Virus record (IMG/VR): IMGVR_UViG_3300009128_000002
Length of the DNA stretch: 64,000 nt
Strand: one strand, 5' to 3'
Origin: a virus
This document shows, one piece after another, positions 22,201 through 31,032 of the stretch (its first letter is position 1; every line of letters starts with the position of its first letter). Both the position numbers and the translations under genes were made by a program. The notes beneath the pieces were generated by a model. The model had not been told where the DNA came from, did not search any database, and saw only the letters and a list, made by a program, of their open reading frames with translations.

Positions 22201-22833
22201 ACTTCACGTGGTGCAGATTATGACGAACCTTTAGTTCTAGTAACAGACCCTTCAGGAACTGTAGGAACAGATTCTACTAATACTGTTGGTGGTGGTTTTG
22301 AAGGAACTGTTGGTCTTAATAATGGTATTGGTGCAGTTACAATCGTTGAAGATTGGCATGATTATATTAACGGACAAACACGTGTTATTGTAGTAGACGC
22401 TCATCCTGAGCCTACTGGTTATGGTGCATCGGGTGTTGCTTCATTAGGTGGTGCTGGTAATGTTTCAAACGTACAAATTGATAATCCAGGCAGTGCATAC
22501 AAAACACCAGTAATTATTGTTGCTGGACCTGTTACATATACAGGTGGTTCTATTAATGCTGCCGATACAGATTATGCATTATTTGGACCAGAAGGTAATA
22601 CTGATGATTCACCATTCTCTGCTAACAATTCTGCAGGTACAAACTTTAAGAACGGTATTTTAGTACAATGGCAATCATACCAAGGTCACTCATTAAATGA
22701 CTCTTGGGAATTTACTACACAATCATGGAAGAAAGGTACACCAGATTCGTTAGTGTATGAATCTTCTAGGTTTAACGGTTCTACAAACAACATGAAAGGT
22801 GTTATTACATTGAAAGATGTTTGGGACGTATAA
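19261..22833 (+). CDS. Large fibre-like virion protein (1190 aa) with N-terminal helical region, GxGY repeats, HxH module and a degenerate cupredoxin-like domain
   Basis: Repeated V.V.N.GSGY motifs typical of marine T4-like structural proteins; follows late promoters. Confidence 0.65.
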   Translation: MSVTLSTISTQVDQFNDIPDITFTGIDITEFVEEVEIYTNTPAVMIPTKLNAMAGNMKAWLNSNVTTPLENQQNTFKDEVVVRTNTAMNAVETYMNDEVAGFINTVFVPWANDAGTTLSTASNLLETNVTTQMTQLQSDYTIHVQNQDAIIQQAIDDMILQLSQYTSGAADSGYSIHQTNLLMSDLTMTREIGFADYKYTKDGQIAFAEEGANKTHHIAYDKSGNIISFGESMQIDGEPRPFVQHLKLDKELGTGSTSVEKVKAYSIFKSVSETGIESFRATAHETDGAPGVDLTILNNTSIADTDNPELIIRRGNSNALLFDGIDAGDMVKVSNLDGTIYNDGISGQYAEDYETVMFTPHSSYCHDGLSSVTGWGVVVSDGASGIDSDGSDFDDPTKCENYSNASVSLLDDFSRTYEYDIVGESYDTDLSDGLTYKVSITDDSGVVDTYGYTIDANKTLGTGAILNAVYDDGVSDVNITNGGSKYSENTFARAFDLGAVDVTGSTETKAEATFTLRNGMVDSIKVVGGGAGYQGFWNVVVPDGGNGHTHNLQLSQAEINTIKSGTTVVSTTVEGGHSHDITISWNSFTENFVFDSQVGAHDHGSVADSYQINPSITVDFSAGLGGNAVAHVLLTETNELDKVVVTNGGSGYLVTDIVSITGGNETTSGAIQVSYADGGIDSISLTNQGTGYTDTTPKTVSVAIQNNAFQPSIISANVGDTVEFTNLDIGAHTVTNEDGAFDSGDIPQNAVFSYTIVDDTELTKEYKITDTQTGGGATLWVRENTVFVDMVTSTGGGMRGIATVNASGNIIDIAVDRPGKGYVATDTVKPIDVSGPGEGAYADVVTNRSIDTITVDSIGSGYSLDTEIIIFDPTGTPIYDDLGVEIDRVYGSGASATATISLVTIPAFCSDALVTDEPTCTTTGNTWTAEVPQGAITEVSVNRAGSDYVDIELIINDPQGTGSGAILSTGINNVVSDINFTSRGADYDEPLVLVTDPSGTVGTDSTNTVGGGFEGTVGLNNGIGAVTIVEDWHDYINGQTRVIVVDAHPEPTGYGASGVASLGGAGNVSNVQIDNPGSAYKTPVIIVAGPVTYTGGSINAADTDYALFGPEGNTDDSPFSANNSAGTNFKNGILVQWQSYQGHSLNDSWEFTTQSWKKGTPDSLVYESSRFNGSTNNMKGVITLKDVWDV

Positions 22834-22838
22834 ACTAT

Positions 22839-22846
22839 TATAAATA
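22839..22846 (+). promoter_or_regulatory. T4-type late promoter
   Basis: TATAAATA upstream of the fibre cassette. Confidence 0.75.
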
Positions 22847-22882
22847 ATTAAAAAATATATTTAAGAAGGACAAAGAAGAACT

Positions 22883-23860
22883 ATGGATATTTTAACACTT
22901 GGTAAAATGAACCAAATGGCAAAAGACTTAGACCAAACGATGGAATTCCTAGCAAATTCTACATTTGAAACTCTAAAGGACATTTGCGATACACAATCAG
23001 ACATCATAACAACTCAAACTGGTCAAGTACAATGTCTTGAAGACACAACTCAAGCAGGTGTTGACGCTTTAGCTGCTGCTGGTGGTGGTAGTATGGGTAT
23101 GAATGAGTTTATGTTATATAACACTAACCATTGGTCTGTTACCAATGGTGGTTGTTGTTTACATTGGACTGTTCCAGAGAACGTTAAAACTATTAAATTT
23201 GAAGTTTTAGGTGGTGGTGGTCCTGGCGGTTCTTCTGGTGGTGACCATGAAGTTACTGTAGGTGGACAAGGTGGTGGATATGCATCCAAAACCATTTATG
23301 CAGAACAAGGTCATTTCGTGCCGGGTTCATCAGCATACACTTTATGTGCCGCTGGTACTTCACAGTGCTCATGTTGTTGCCAATGTTGTATGTCACGTAG
23401 ACAGGGTTGTACTTCATACGCTACTGGGCCAGGTTTAAGTAACTTCTGTGCCGTAGGTGGTTTAGGTGGTTCAACACCATGGGATAAGATGTCAAATTGT
23501 TATGATTGCCATATGGGTCATATTCAATGTTGTGCATCAACATATGATAGTTCTTGGTCTACACAGTCTATTCATACACAGTTTTATGGTGCAGATTACG
23601 GATTTACAGGTACTACAGGATCATATACAAGAGGTTACAACTGTTGTAATGAGGTAAGAGGTTACTCTGGTGGTCCTACAGGCCCATTTGCAGTTTCTGG
23701 AACTGGTTCTGGTGGTCATGCTTGTACACAATGTTCAGGTTGTCGTGGTGGTCATTCTGCCTTCCCTGGCGGTGGCGGTCAAGGTCATGCGACTGCTTCT
23801 GGATCAGGTTGTTGGGGTGGATTTGGCGCTGGTGGTTTAGTTAGAGTCACTTACGCTTAA
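22883..23860 (+). CDS. Cys/Gly-rich short tail fibre/adhesin-like protein, copy A
   Basis: WTVP..V..I.FEVLGGGGPG Gly-rich domain motif, FPGGGG...GAGGLVRVTY C-terminus; followed by an assembly chaperone. Confidence 0.65.
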   Translation: MDILTLGKMNQMAKDLDQTMEFLANSTFETLKDICDTQSDIITTQTGQVQCLEDTTQAGVDALAAAGGGSMGMNEFMLYNTNHWSVTNGGCCLHWTVPENVKTIKFEVLGGGGPGGSSGGDHEVTVGGQGGGYASKTIYAEQGHFVPGSSAYTLCAAGTSQCSCCCQCCMSRRQGCTSYATGPGLSNFCAVGGLGGSTPWDKMSNCYDCHMGHIQCCASTYDSSWSTQSIHTQFYGADYGFTGTTGSYTRGYNCCNEVRGYSGGPTGPFAVSGTGSGGHACTQCSGCRGGHSAFPGGGGQGHATASGSGCWGGFGAGGLVRVTYA

Positions 23861-23874
23861 TAGGAGAAAGAATA

Positions 23875-24612
23875 ATGGAAAAATTAATTACATATAAAAT
23901 TCCAAATGAACGTTATGGTACAGACGATTCAGAAGGTAAAACGTCAACAGTATCATATAACGGACCAGATAAATTAATTTGTTGGGTTATTAATAATGAA
24001 GATGTGACTAGAATTGTAGATGCATTCGCAGAAGATGAATTACCTGATAGACCAACACCAAAAAACTACACTGTGGTTGAAATTGATGCAACAGAATCAG
24101 ATGAAAATGCATTAAGAATTGCACTAATTTATGGTGGTATTCCATCACAAAGACAACTTGAAGTTGATAATGGTGTTGCAGAATTACCAAATCCTGCAAT
24201 TGCAGATCCAATGCATTTAAGGGAAGTTTATTCACTACCTAAAGCAATGGATAATGATTGTATTAATTTAGATACAATGGAATGGAAACCATTAGAATAT
24301 AGAACTGGTGATACTGCAGATAGGGATGATGCTTCAGTAAGAACTATTAGGGATGCATTATTACACCCTACAGATGGTAAAATTGCTGAAGATATGCCAG
24401 AATCTTTAAAACAAGAATGGTTAGACTTTAGACAACAATTAAGAGACTTGCCATCTTTAACTACCAATATCCCTAACAATTTAATAGGTTATCCTACTGC
24501 ACCTGATCAACCAGATGGATTGGATTTAATTGAAGACCTTGTTAGGATTGCAGATAGAACACAGTCAGATCAAGAATCAATTGATCTACAGTTACCAGAT
24601 AACATTACATAA
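23875..24612 (+). CDS. Tail fibre assembly chaperone-like protein, copy A
   Basis: R.IRDALL..TD....EDMP.....EW..FRQQLRDLP chaperone motif. Confidence 0.7.
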   Translation: MEKLITYKIPNERYGTDDSEGKTSTVSYNGPDKLICWVINNEDVTRIVDAFAEDELPDRPTPKNYTVVEIDATESDENALRIALIYGGIPSQRQLEVDNGVAELPNPAIADPMHLREVYSLPKAMDNDCINLDTMEWKPLEYRTGDTADRDDASVRTIRDALLHPTDGKIAEDMPESLKQEWLDFRQQLRDLPSLTTNIPNNLIGYPTAPDQPDGLDLIEDLVRIADRTQSDQESIDLQLPDNIT

Positions 24613-24641
24613 TATAATTTATTTAGAATAAGGAATAACAA

Positions 24642-25622
24642 ATGGATATTTTAACACTTGGTAAAATGAACCAAATGGCGAAAGATGTCGACCAAACGTT
24701 AGAATTTCTAGCGAATACGACTTTTGAAACTTTGCGCGATGTTTGTACAAAACAGGGAGAAATTGAAGCAACTCAAACTGGTCAAGTACAATGTCTTGAA
24801 GACACAACTCAAGCAGGTGTTGACGCTTTAGCTGCTGCTGGTGGTGGTTCAAAACCATATAAAGAATTTATGTTATATAACACTAACCATTGGACTGTTA
24901 CCAATGGTGGTTGTTGTTTACATTGGACTGCACCCGAAGGTATCAAATCAATTAAATTTGAAGTTTTAGGTGGTGGTGGTCCTGGCGGATCAGGTGGTTA
25001 TGACCACGACATTGGTGTTGGTGGTTGGGGTGGTAACTATGCCTCAAAAACACTTGAAGAAGGTGTAGATTTTACTGCTGGTGTATCGGCATACACTTTA
25101 TGTGCCGGTGGTACTTCACAATGTGCCTGTTGTGGACATTGTCAACCTTGTCATACTGGTTGTACTTCATACGCTACTGGGCCAGGTTTAAGTAACTTCT
25201 GTGCTACTGGTGGAGAAGGTGGTTGGACTGCTTGGGATAAGCTAAGTTCTTGTTATGATTGTTCTATTGGTGCTCAATGTACAATCGGTCATGTGGTATC
25301 TGGTGGTTGGGGTCAATGCCAATCTTGTACTCCAGGCTTCTTCGGAGCAGACTATGGATTTACAGGTACGCCAGGAATGATTAATAAAGGATACTCATGT
25401 TGTTCTCACTTATCAACAACACGTGGTGGTCCAACTGGTCCATTCTCTGGCTCAGGTTCGCAAGGTCAGGATACTAACCATTGTACAACCACAGGAAGGG
25501 GTTGTTGTAGGGGTCATGCATATTTCCCTGGCGGTGGTGGTGCCCATGGTGGTTTTTCTGGTGGATCAGGTTGTTGGGGTGGATTTGGCGCTGGTGGTTT
25601 ACTTAAAGTATCATACCAATAG
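24642..25622 (+). CDS. Cys/Gly-rich short tail fibre/adhesin-like protein, copy B
   Basis: Paralog of 22883..23860 with the same MDILTLGKMNQMAKD start. Confidence 0.65.
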   Translation: MDILTLGKMNQMAKDVDQTLEFLANTTFETLRDVCTKQGEIEATQTGQVQCLEDTTQAGVDALAAAGGGSKPYKEFMLYNTNHWTVTNGGCCLHWTAPEGIKSIKFEVLGGGGPGGSGGYDHDIGVGGWGGNYASKTLEEGVDFTAGVSAYTLCAGGTSQCACCGHCQPCHTGCTSYATGPGLSNFCATGGEGGWTAWDKLSSCYDCSIGAQCTIGHVVSGGWGQCQSCTPGFFGADYGFTGTPGMINKGYSCCSHLSTTRGGPTGPFSGSGSQGQDTNHCTTTGRGCCRGHAYFPGGGGAHGGFSGGSGCWGGFGAGGLLKVSYQ

Positions 25623-25641
25623 AATATTAGGAGTATAGAAA

Positions 25642-26412
25642 ATGTCAGAATTAACAAAAACAATTACATATAAAATTCCAAATGAACGTTATGGTACAGA
25701 CGATTCAGAAGGTAAAACGTCAACACATACATACGTTGGTCCTAGCCATTTGATGTTATTCATGGATAAAGAAACACATATGGTTAAGGAAGTACAAGAT
25801 ATGGACAACTTATGTGAACAACCTACACCACTAGATTTTTACGAATTAGTATTAGATTGTGATGAATCTGTTGAAAATTGTATTAGATGTACTTTAATTG
25901 GTCCTGTAGGTTATGATAAACCAAAAGTTTATGAGGTTGCAGTAGGTCCAGAAAATCAAAAAAATAATGTAATCAAAGACCCAACACACATTTCAGAAGT
26001 TTATGATCAAAATTCAGTTGCCGAAGGTTACAACGGAAGTGAGTGGGCAGACTTGACTTATGAAACTGGTCGTTGTGGTGACGATTTCCCTAACAACGAA
26101 TGGGGTAGGGATAATTGGAATATGGAGTTTATTAGAGGTGTTAGAAATGATGATTTAGAGGCATCAGATGCAGCTACATCTGAAGATATGCCAGATAGTA
26201 TAAAACAAAAGTGGATTGATTATAGACAACAATTACGCGATCTTCCAAACGATTGGGACGGTGTACCTGCAGATTTAATTGTTATTCCACAGGCACCAGA
26301 TGAAGCAGATGCTTCAGTATTTGCAGATCCTGATGTAGATGTAATTAATATTAGTGATAGAACTGGCGATGATGATGTAGTGGTCGCTCAATTACCAAAT
26401 AATGTAAATTAA
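25642..26412 (+). CDS. Tail fibre assembly chaperone-like protein, copy B
   Basis: Paralog of 23875..24612; KWIDYRQQLRDLP. Confidence 0.7.
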   Translation: MSELTKTITYKIPNERYGTDDSEGKTSTHTYVGPSHLMLFMDKETHMVKEVQDMDNLCEQPTPLDFYELVLDCDESVENCIRCTLIGPVGYDKPKVYEVAVGPENQKNNVIKDPTHISEVYDQNSVAEGYNGSEWADLTYETGRCGDDFPNNEWGRDNWNMEFIRGVRNDDLEASDAATSEDMPDSIKQKWIDYRQQLRDLPNDWDGVPADLIVIPQAPDEADASVFADPDVDVINISDRTGDDDVVVAQLPNNVN

Positions 26413-26437
26413 TTAAAGTATCAAACACTATAAAAAA

Positions 26438-26463
26438 TTAAACCCCCTTAATTGGGGGTTTTT
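26438..26463 (+). terminator. Intrinsic terminator (identical to the one after gp23)
   Basis: aaaccccc-ttaatt-gggggttttt. Confidence 0.85.
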
Positions 26464-26512
26464 GTGTTTATATATATTAATGAAATTTTATATTATGATA
26501 GGTATATGAACA

Positions 26513-28102
26513 ATGAAAAGTATTAAAAAAGTAGTTATAGTAGGTGGTGGTAGTGCCGGATGGATGACTGCATCTAGTTTAGTGAAAAATTTCCCAGATT
26601 TAGAAATTACAGTAATTGAATCAACAGATATCCCCACCATAGGTGTTGGTGAATCCACCATTAATTCAATTAATATATTTTTAAAAGACTTAGGTCTTAA
26701 AGATTCCGACTGGATGAAGAAGTGTAATGCCGTATATAAAACATCAATAGATTTCACTAATTGGGACGGTAAAGGTACAAGAATACGTTATCCATTTGGT
26801 GAATCTAATTTCTTTGATGATTATATAGCTGCAGATTGGTTTACTAAAAAGGCATTGATAGGTGCAGATAAAGATGAATTTACATCATTTGCACTTGGTT
26901 CTGATCAAATGATTAGAAATAATAAATTAACTAGAGATTTTAAAATACGTGGTTGGAATTTTGATAAAGATACAGCATATCATATGGACGCAGGTCTATT
27001 TGGTGATTATTTGAAAAAATATTACTGTATTCCAAAAGGGGTTACACAAACAATAGATACAGTAATTTCAGTAACCCAAAATGAAGATGGCGATGTGGAT
27101 AAATTAATTCTATCTGGTGGTGATACTGTTACTGCAGATTTGTTTATAGATTGCACTGGGTTTAGATCATTACTACTAGATGGGGTATTAAACGAACCTT
27201 ATATTTCATTTACAGATAAACTTCTTAATGATAAGGCAATTGCAATAAGAATACCTTATGTTAATAAAAACGAAGAACTTGAACATTCAACAAATGCAAC
27301 TACATTAAGTTCTGGTTGGGTATGGAATACCCCACTGTGGGATAGGATAGGCACAGGGTACGTGTATAGTTCTAAGTTTTTAACTGAAGAAGAAGCAGAA
27401 AATGAGTTTAGAGAGTATTTGATTAATGATAGGGATATTAAACATAGTAGAGAGGAAATAGAATCAATTAAAGCAATGCACGTTGATATTAATCCAGGCA
27501 TACGTGAACGAAGTTGGGTTAAAAACGTATGTGCTATTGGTCTATCAAACGGTTTCATAGAACCAATAGAAGCAACTGGTTTAATGTTGACACATAATAG
27601 TATATTTGCACTAATACAAACATTACAAAGACGTAATTGTGGTGTAAATGGTTATGATAAAGAAATTTTTAATAGAAATATTAGAGTTGGAATGCAAAAA
27701 TTCACTTCATTTATAGCAGCCCATTATGCTATGTCAGAACGTGATGATACACCATATTGGAAATATGTAACTGAAGATATAAAATATACTGATGATTCTT
27801 CAGACGAGTGGAAAGGTTTAATAGATTATGTACCTGAAAAGATAACTCTATATTCAGATTGGTCTGGGGAAACACCAAGAAAAAATGGTATGTCTTTTAT
27901 CATGGCAGGATTTGGATATAACCCAATAACTAAAATGGGTATAGAAATGTTTTATGGTGAAGATAATATGAATGTTCCATATTCTAGGTCTAAAGAAATT
28001 GAACAACTAATATCTGAAGAAATAGAATTAAACAAAGATTATATCAATTCATTACCTACACATTATGAATTCCTAAAACGTACAATTTATAGTGGTGTAT
28101 AA
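26513..28102 (+). CDS. Flavin-dependent halogenase (tryptophan halogenase family)
   Basis: GGGSAG FAD motif, TIGVGEST, conserved Lys in NAVYKTSI, FIDCTGF, GWVWNTP (WxWxIP-like), FIEPIEATG. Confidence 0.9.
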   Translation: MKSIKKVVIVGGGSAGWMTASSLVKNFPDLEITVIESTDIPTIGVGESTINSINIFLKDLGLKDSDWMKKCNAVYKTSIDFTNWDGKGTRIRYPFGESNFFDDYIAADWFTKKALIGADKDEFTSFALGSDQMIRNNKLTRDFKIRGWNFDKDTAYHMDAGLFGDYLKKYYCIPKGVTQTIDTVISVTQNEDGDVDKLILSGGDTVTADLFIDCTGFRSLLLDGVLNEPYISFTDKLLNDKAIAIRIPYVNKNEELEHSTNATTLSSGWVWNTPLWDRIGTGYVYSSKFLTEEEAENEFREYLINDRDIKHSREEIESIKAMHVDINPGIRERSWVKNVCAIGLSNGFIEPIEATGLMLTHNSIFALIQTLQRRNCGVNGYDKEIFNRNIRVGMQKFTSFIAAHYAMSERDDTPYWKYVTEDIKYTDDSSDEWKGLIDYVPEKITLYSDWSGETPRKNGMSFIMAGFGYNPITKMGIEMFYGEDNMNVPYSRSKEIEQLISEEIELNKDYINSLPTHYEFLKRTIYSGV

Positions 28103-28118
28103 ATAATTTCACAAAAGG

Positions 28119-28147
28119 TTGACTTTTACATAAAAATAGGGTATAAT
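28119..28147 (+). promoter_or_regulatory. Sigma70-type (early) promoter
   Basis: TTGACT-17 nt-TATAAT; a late TATAAATA also lies at 28098-28105. Confidence 0.8.
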
Positions 28148-28187
28148 AACTCTATTATGATTATATTATTAACAAGTGAGGTGAAAA

Positions 28188-29249
28188 ATGAGCAATCGCT
28201 CTAAAGCGTTTTTTATAAACGGTGGTGCAGGACGTGTTCTGTGTTCAATTCCAGCATTGAATAAATATGCAGAAGAATCTGGTGATGATGATTTTATTAT
28301 TGTTTGTGAAGCAGGTATGGACTTCTATAGGGGACATCCAAATCTACACAAACGTGCTTATGAATCATGGCATAAAGGTTTATTTGAAAACCACCTTAAA
28401 GATAAAGATATAGTATCACCTGAACCATATAGGGTTAATGAATATTTCAATCAGAAGTGCAATTTAGCACAAGCGTTTGATATAATAATTAATGAGTTAG
28501 TCGAACCAAGGGTTTTACCAGATCCAATTATAAAACTAAATAAAAATGAATTAATTCAAGGTCACCAAACAATACAAGAGATGAAGTCATCTATTGGGAA
28601 AAATAAGGTAGTAGTAGTTCAACCATTTGGACGTTCTATTTCAAAAATGGGTGATTTTTTAGTAGACCAATCCAGCCGCTCTTTTGAATTACAAAATATT
28701 ATTAACATTATTGAGAAACTAAGAAAAGAGTATTTAGTTATTGTAATGAGCGAATACCCAATAACAGTATCTACAGATGAGAAAAATATGGTAGCATTCC
28801 CACAAATACCTGATATTAGATTATGGGCATCCATTATTAATTCTGCAGACCATTTCTTAGGGTGCGACTCTGTAGGTCAACATATCGCAAAATCTCTAGG
28901 TAAAACTGCAACGGTAGTAACAGGGTCTACATTCCCAGAAAATATTAGTTACCCAAACTTTGATGGGTTTGATATTGTAGATATTGGTAAAGATAAAAGG
29001 GTTTATTCCCCTATTAGAGTTTCTATAGATGATGAACGTGATCGTGGAAATGATGAAGTAATGATGATGGACGAAGAACAAGAGCAACTTGTAGTTGATT
29101 CTGTAGTTTCGTTTCTAGGTAAAGGTGAAAGGTTTGAAGGTTCTTTTACACCAACAGAAGAGTGTGGTGGTAGTTGTGGGTCTATTCCTGCAGGTAGTAA
29201 TACACCAGAATATAAATTTAATACAAAGAACCTTTTAGGAGAATTATAA
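28188..29249 (+). CDS. Glycosyltransferase, GT9/heptosyltransferase-like (GT-B fold)
   Basis: N-terminal GGAGRV; C-terminal IINSADHFLGCDSVGQHIAKSLGK resembles the GT9 D-S-G-x-x-H-x-A motif; adjacent ADP-heptose genes. Confidence 0.65.
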   Translation: MSNRSKAFFINGGAGRVLCSIPALNKYAEESGDDDFIIVCEAGMDFYRGHPNLHKRAYESWHKGLFENHLKDKDIVSPEPYRVNEYFNQKCNLAQAFDIIINELVEPRVLPDPIIKLNKNELIQGHQTIQEMKSSIGKNKVVVVQPFGRSISKMGDFLVDQSSRSFELQNIINIIEKLRKEYLVIVMSEYPITVSTDEKNMVAFPQIPDIRLWASIINSADHFLGCDSVGQHIAKSLGKTATVVTGSTFPENISYPNFDGFDIVDIGKDKRVYSPIRVSIDDERDRGNDEVMMMDEEQEQLVVDSVVSFLGKGERFEGSFTPTEECGGSCGSIPAGSNTPEYKFNTKNLLGEL

Positions 29250-29250
29250 T

Positions 29251-31032
29251 ATGAGTCAGTGGATTGCAGGTATTGCTAGAGGACATAACGGTGGTGTATG
29301 TCTATTAAAGGATGGAGAGGTTGTTTTTGCTATTGAGGAAGAGCGTTTAAGTAGACAGAAATATGATGGTGGACCATATGCTTCTATGGTTAAGATTTTA
29401 GACTACACAGATAAGTTAGATTATCTTGTAATTTCACATACACAACCAGATGATTCTAGAGTTGATTTTAGTGGTGATAGTGTTTATACTGGTCTAGCAC
29501 GTAAATTACGTTTAATTGATGACCCAGAAAATCAAGTATTAGATTTACACAAATGGCACCATAAGTCACATTCTGCCTGTGCATTTTACCGTTCTGGTTT
29601 TGAAACTGCAGTATCAGTTATTGTAGACGGAGCAGGTACATTCATTCCAATGAATATTAATGGTAATGAAGAAATGACTTGGGAATTAGAAAGTATTATT
29701 AATTGTAAATATCCTGCAGATTTTAAAACGTTATATAAACACCAAGGTGGTAGAGGTCCATGGCAAGGTGCTCATTTACCAGAAGTTTCTAGTGAACGTG
29801 AAGGTGAAGAAGGAACACATGAATTGATTCTTGATGATACTGCAGGTATTGTTAAGTCATATGAAGCAGTTACACAATATTGTGGTTGGTCACCTATTGA
29901 AGCAGGAAAGACAATGGGGTTATTTCCTTACGGTAAACCAAATGATAAATTCCCTAATATCTATACAGATGCAGGTGGTGAGTGGAAAACGGCAGATAGA
30001 AATGTAATTATTCCAACATATCCGAATGGTGCATTAGTTAACTTTGGTAAGTATAAGTATTTAACTTCTAGTGAAGAACAAATATCAGGTGACGTAACAT
30101 TACTACAAAACCGTAGAGATATGGCATATGCAGTACAGACTGAATCTCAACAAATGGTATTAGATTTAATCCGTAAAGCAGTTAAAATGAGTGGAGAGAA
30201 GAACGTTGTTATTTCTGGTGGTTACGGTCTTAACTGTGTAGCAAACTATTGGTACTTAGAACAATTGAAAGATGAGGACATTAACATTTATGTAGAACCT
30301 ATTTCTAATGATGCTGGTACAGCAATGGGAGCCGCCATGTTGGTACACCATTCTATTAATAAAGATAGTAAAGTTAGAGATTTTGCAGAATCGTTATATC
30401 TTGGTCCTGTACAAAAGAATACTACTGAAGAAATTATTGAAATTGCTAAGAAATATGGTGCGACTGGTGTGTTTGATGAACAGTACTCCACTGATGCAGT
30501 TAAGTTAATTCTAAAAGGTAATATTGTTACATTATTCCAAGATAGATGCGAAAATGGTCCTCGTGCTTTAGGTAACCGTTCTATCCTATTCGATCCACGT
30601 ACACTTGATGGTAAAGACTATGTGAATAAAGTTAAACGTAGAGAATACTTTAGACCTTTTGCAGGTTCAATATTACACGAACACGCACATGAGTGGTTTG
30701 ATATGAGAGGTCTTGAAGAGTCACCACATATGATGTATGCTATGAATTGTTCAACTGATGAATATGCAGAACAAATTCCAGCAATCATTCACGTAGATGG
30801 TACTTGTAGAATTCAGACTGTAAAAGAACATCAAAATCCAGTTTACTATGAAATGATTGACCACTTCTACAAAGAAACTGGAGTGCCAATTTTATTCAAT
30901 ACATCTTTCAATCTTGGTGGCGAACCACTTGTTGAAACTATTGATGACGCCATTCGTACACTTGCCAATAGTGATATTGAATATCTCTATATTCCAGATA
31001 ATAATTTAATAATTGAGGTTAAAAATAAATGA
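29251..31032 (+). CDS. Carbamoyltransferase (NodU/CmcH family)
   Basis: EEERLSRQKY, HHKSH, VDGAG, GKTMGL, SGGYGLNCVAN, GPRALGNRS, KRREYFRPFA, HVDGTCRIQTV, NTSFN. Confidence 0.92.
   Translation: MSQWIAGIARGHNGGVCLLKDGEVVFAIEEERLSRQKYDGGPYASMVKILDYTDKLDYLVISHTQPDDSRVDFSGDSVYTGLARKLRLIDDPENQVLDLHKWHHKSHSACAFYRSGFETAVSVIVDGAGTFIPMNINGNEEMTWELESIINCKYPADFKTLYKHQGGRGPWQGAHLPEVSSEREGEEGTHELILDDTAGIVKSYEAVTQYCGWSPIEAGKTMGLFPYGKPNDKFPNIYTDAGGEWKTADRNVIIPTYPNGALVNFGKYKYLTSSEEQISGDVTLLQNRRDMAYAVQTESQQMVLDLIRKAVKMSGEKNVVISGGYGLNCVANYWYLEQLKDEDINIYVEPISNDAGTAMGAAMLVHHSINKDSKVRDFAESLYLGPVQKNTTEEIIEIAKKYGATGVFDEQYSTDAVKLILKGNIVTLFQDRCENGPRALGNRSILFDPRTLDGKDYVNKVKRREYFRPFAGSILHEHAHEWFDMRGLEESPHMMYAMNCSTDEYAEQIPAIIHVDGTCRIQTVKEHQNPVYYEMIDHFYKETGVPILFNTSFNLGGEPLVETIDDAIRTLANSDIEYLYIPDNNLIIEVKNK

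Larger units (their letters stand above)
22883..26412 (+). repeat. Tandem duplication of the fibre + chaperone cassette (unit about 1.76 kb) with blocks of exact identity
   Basis: Identical blocks: 22883-22920/24642-24679, 23010-23089/24769-24848, 23405-23451/25158-25204, 23886-23949/25662-25725. Confidence 0.9.

Noticed and set aside
22883-26412. Diversity-generating retroelement (TR/VR) or invertase shufflon
   Set aside because: No reverse transcriptase or recombinase in the window, repeats are direct, both copies are full genes, and differences are blockwise rather than adenine-specific
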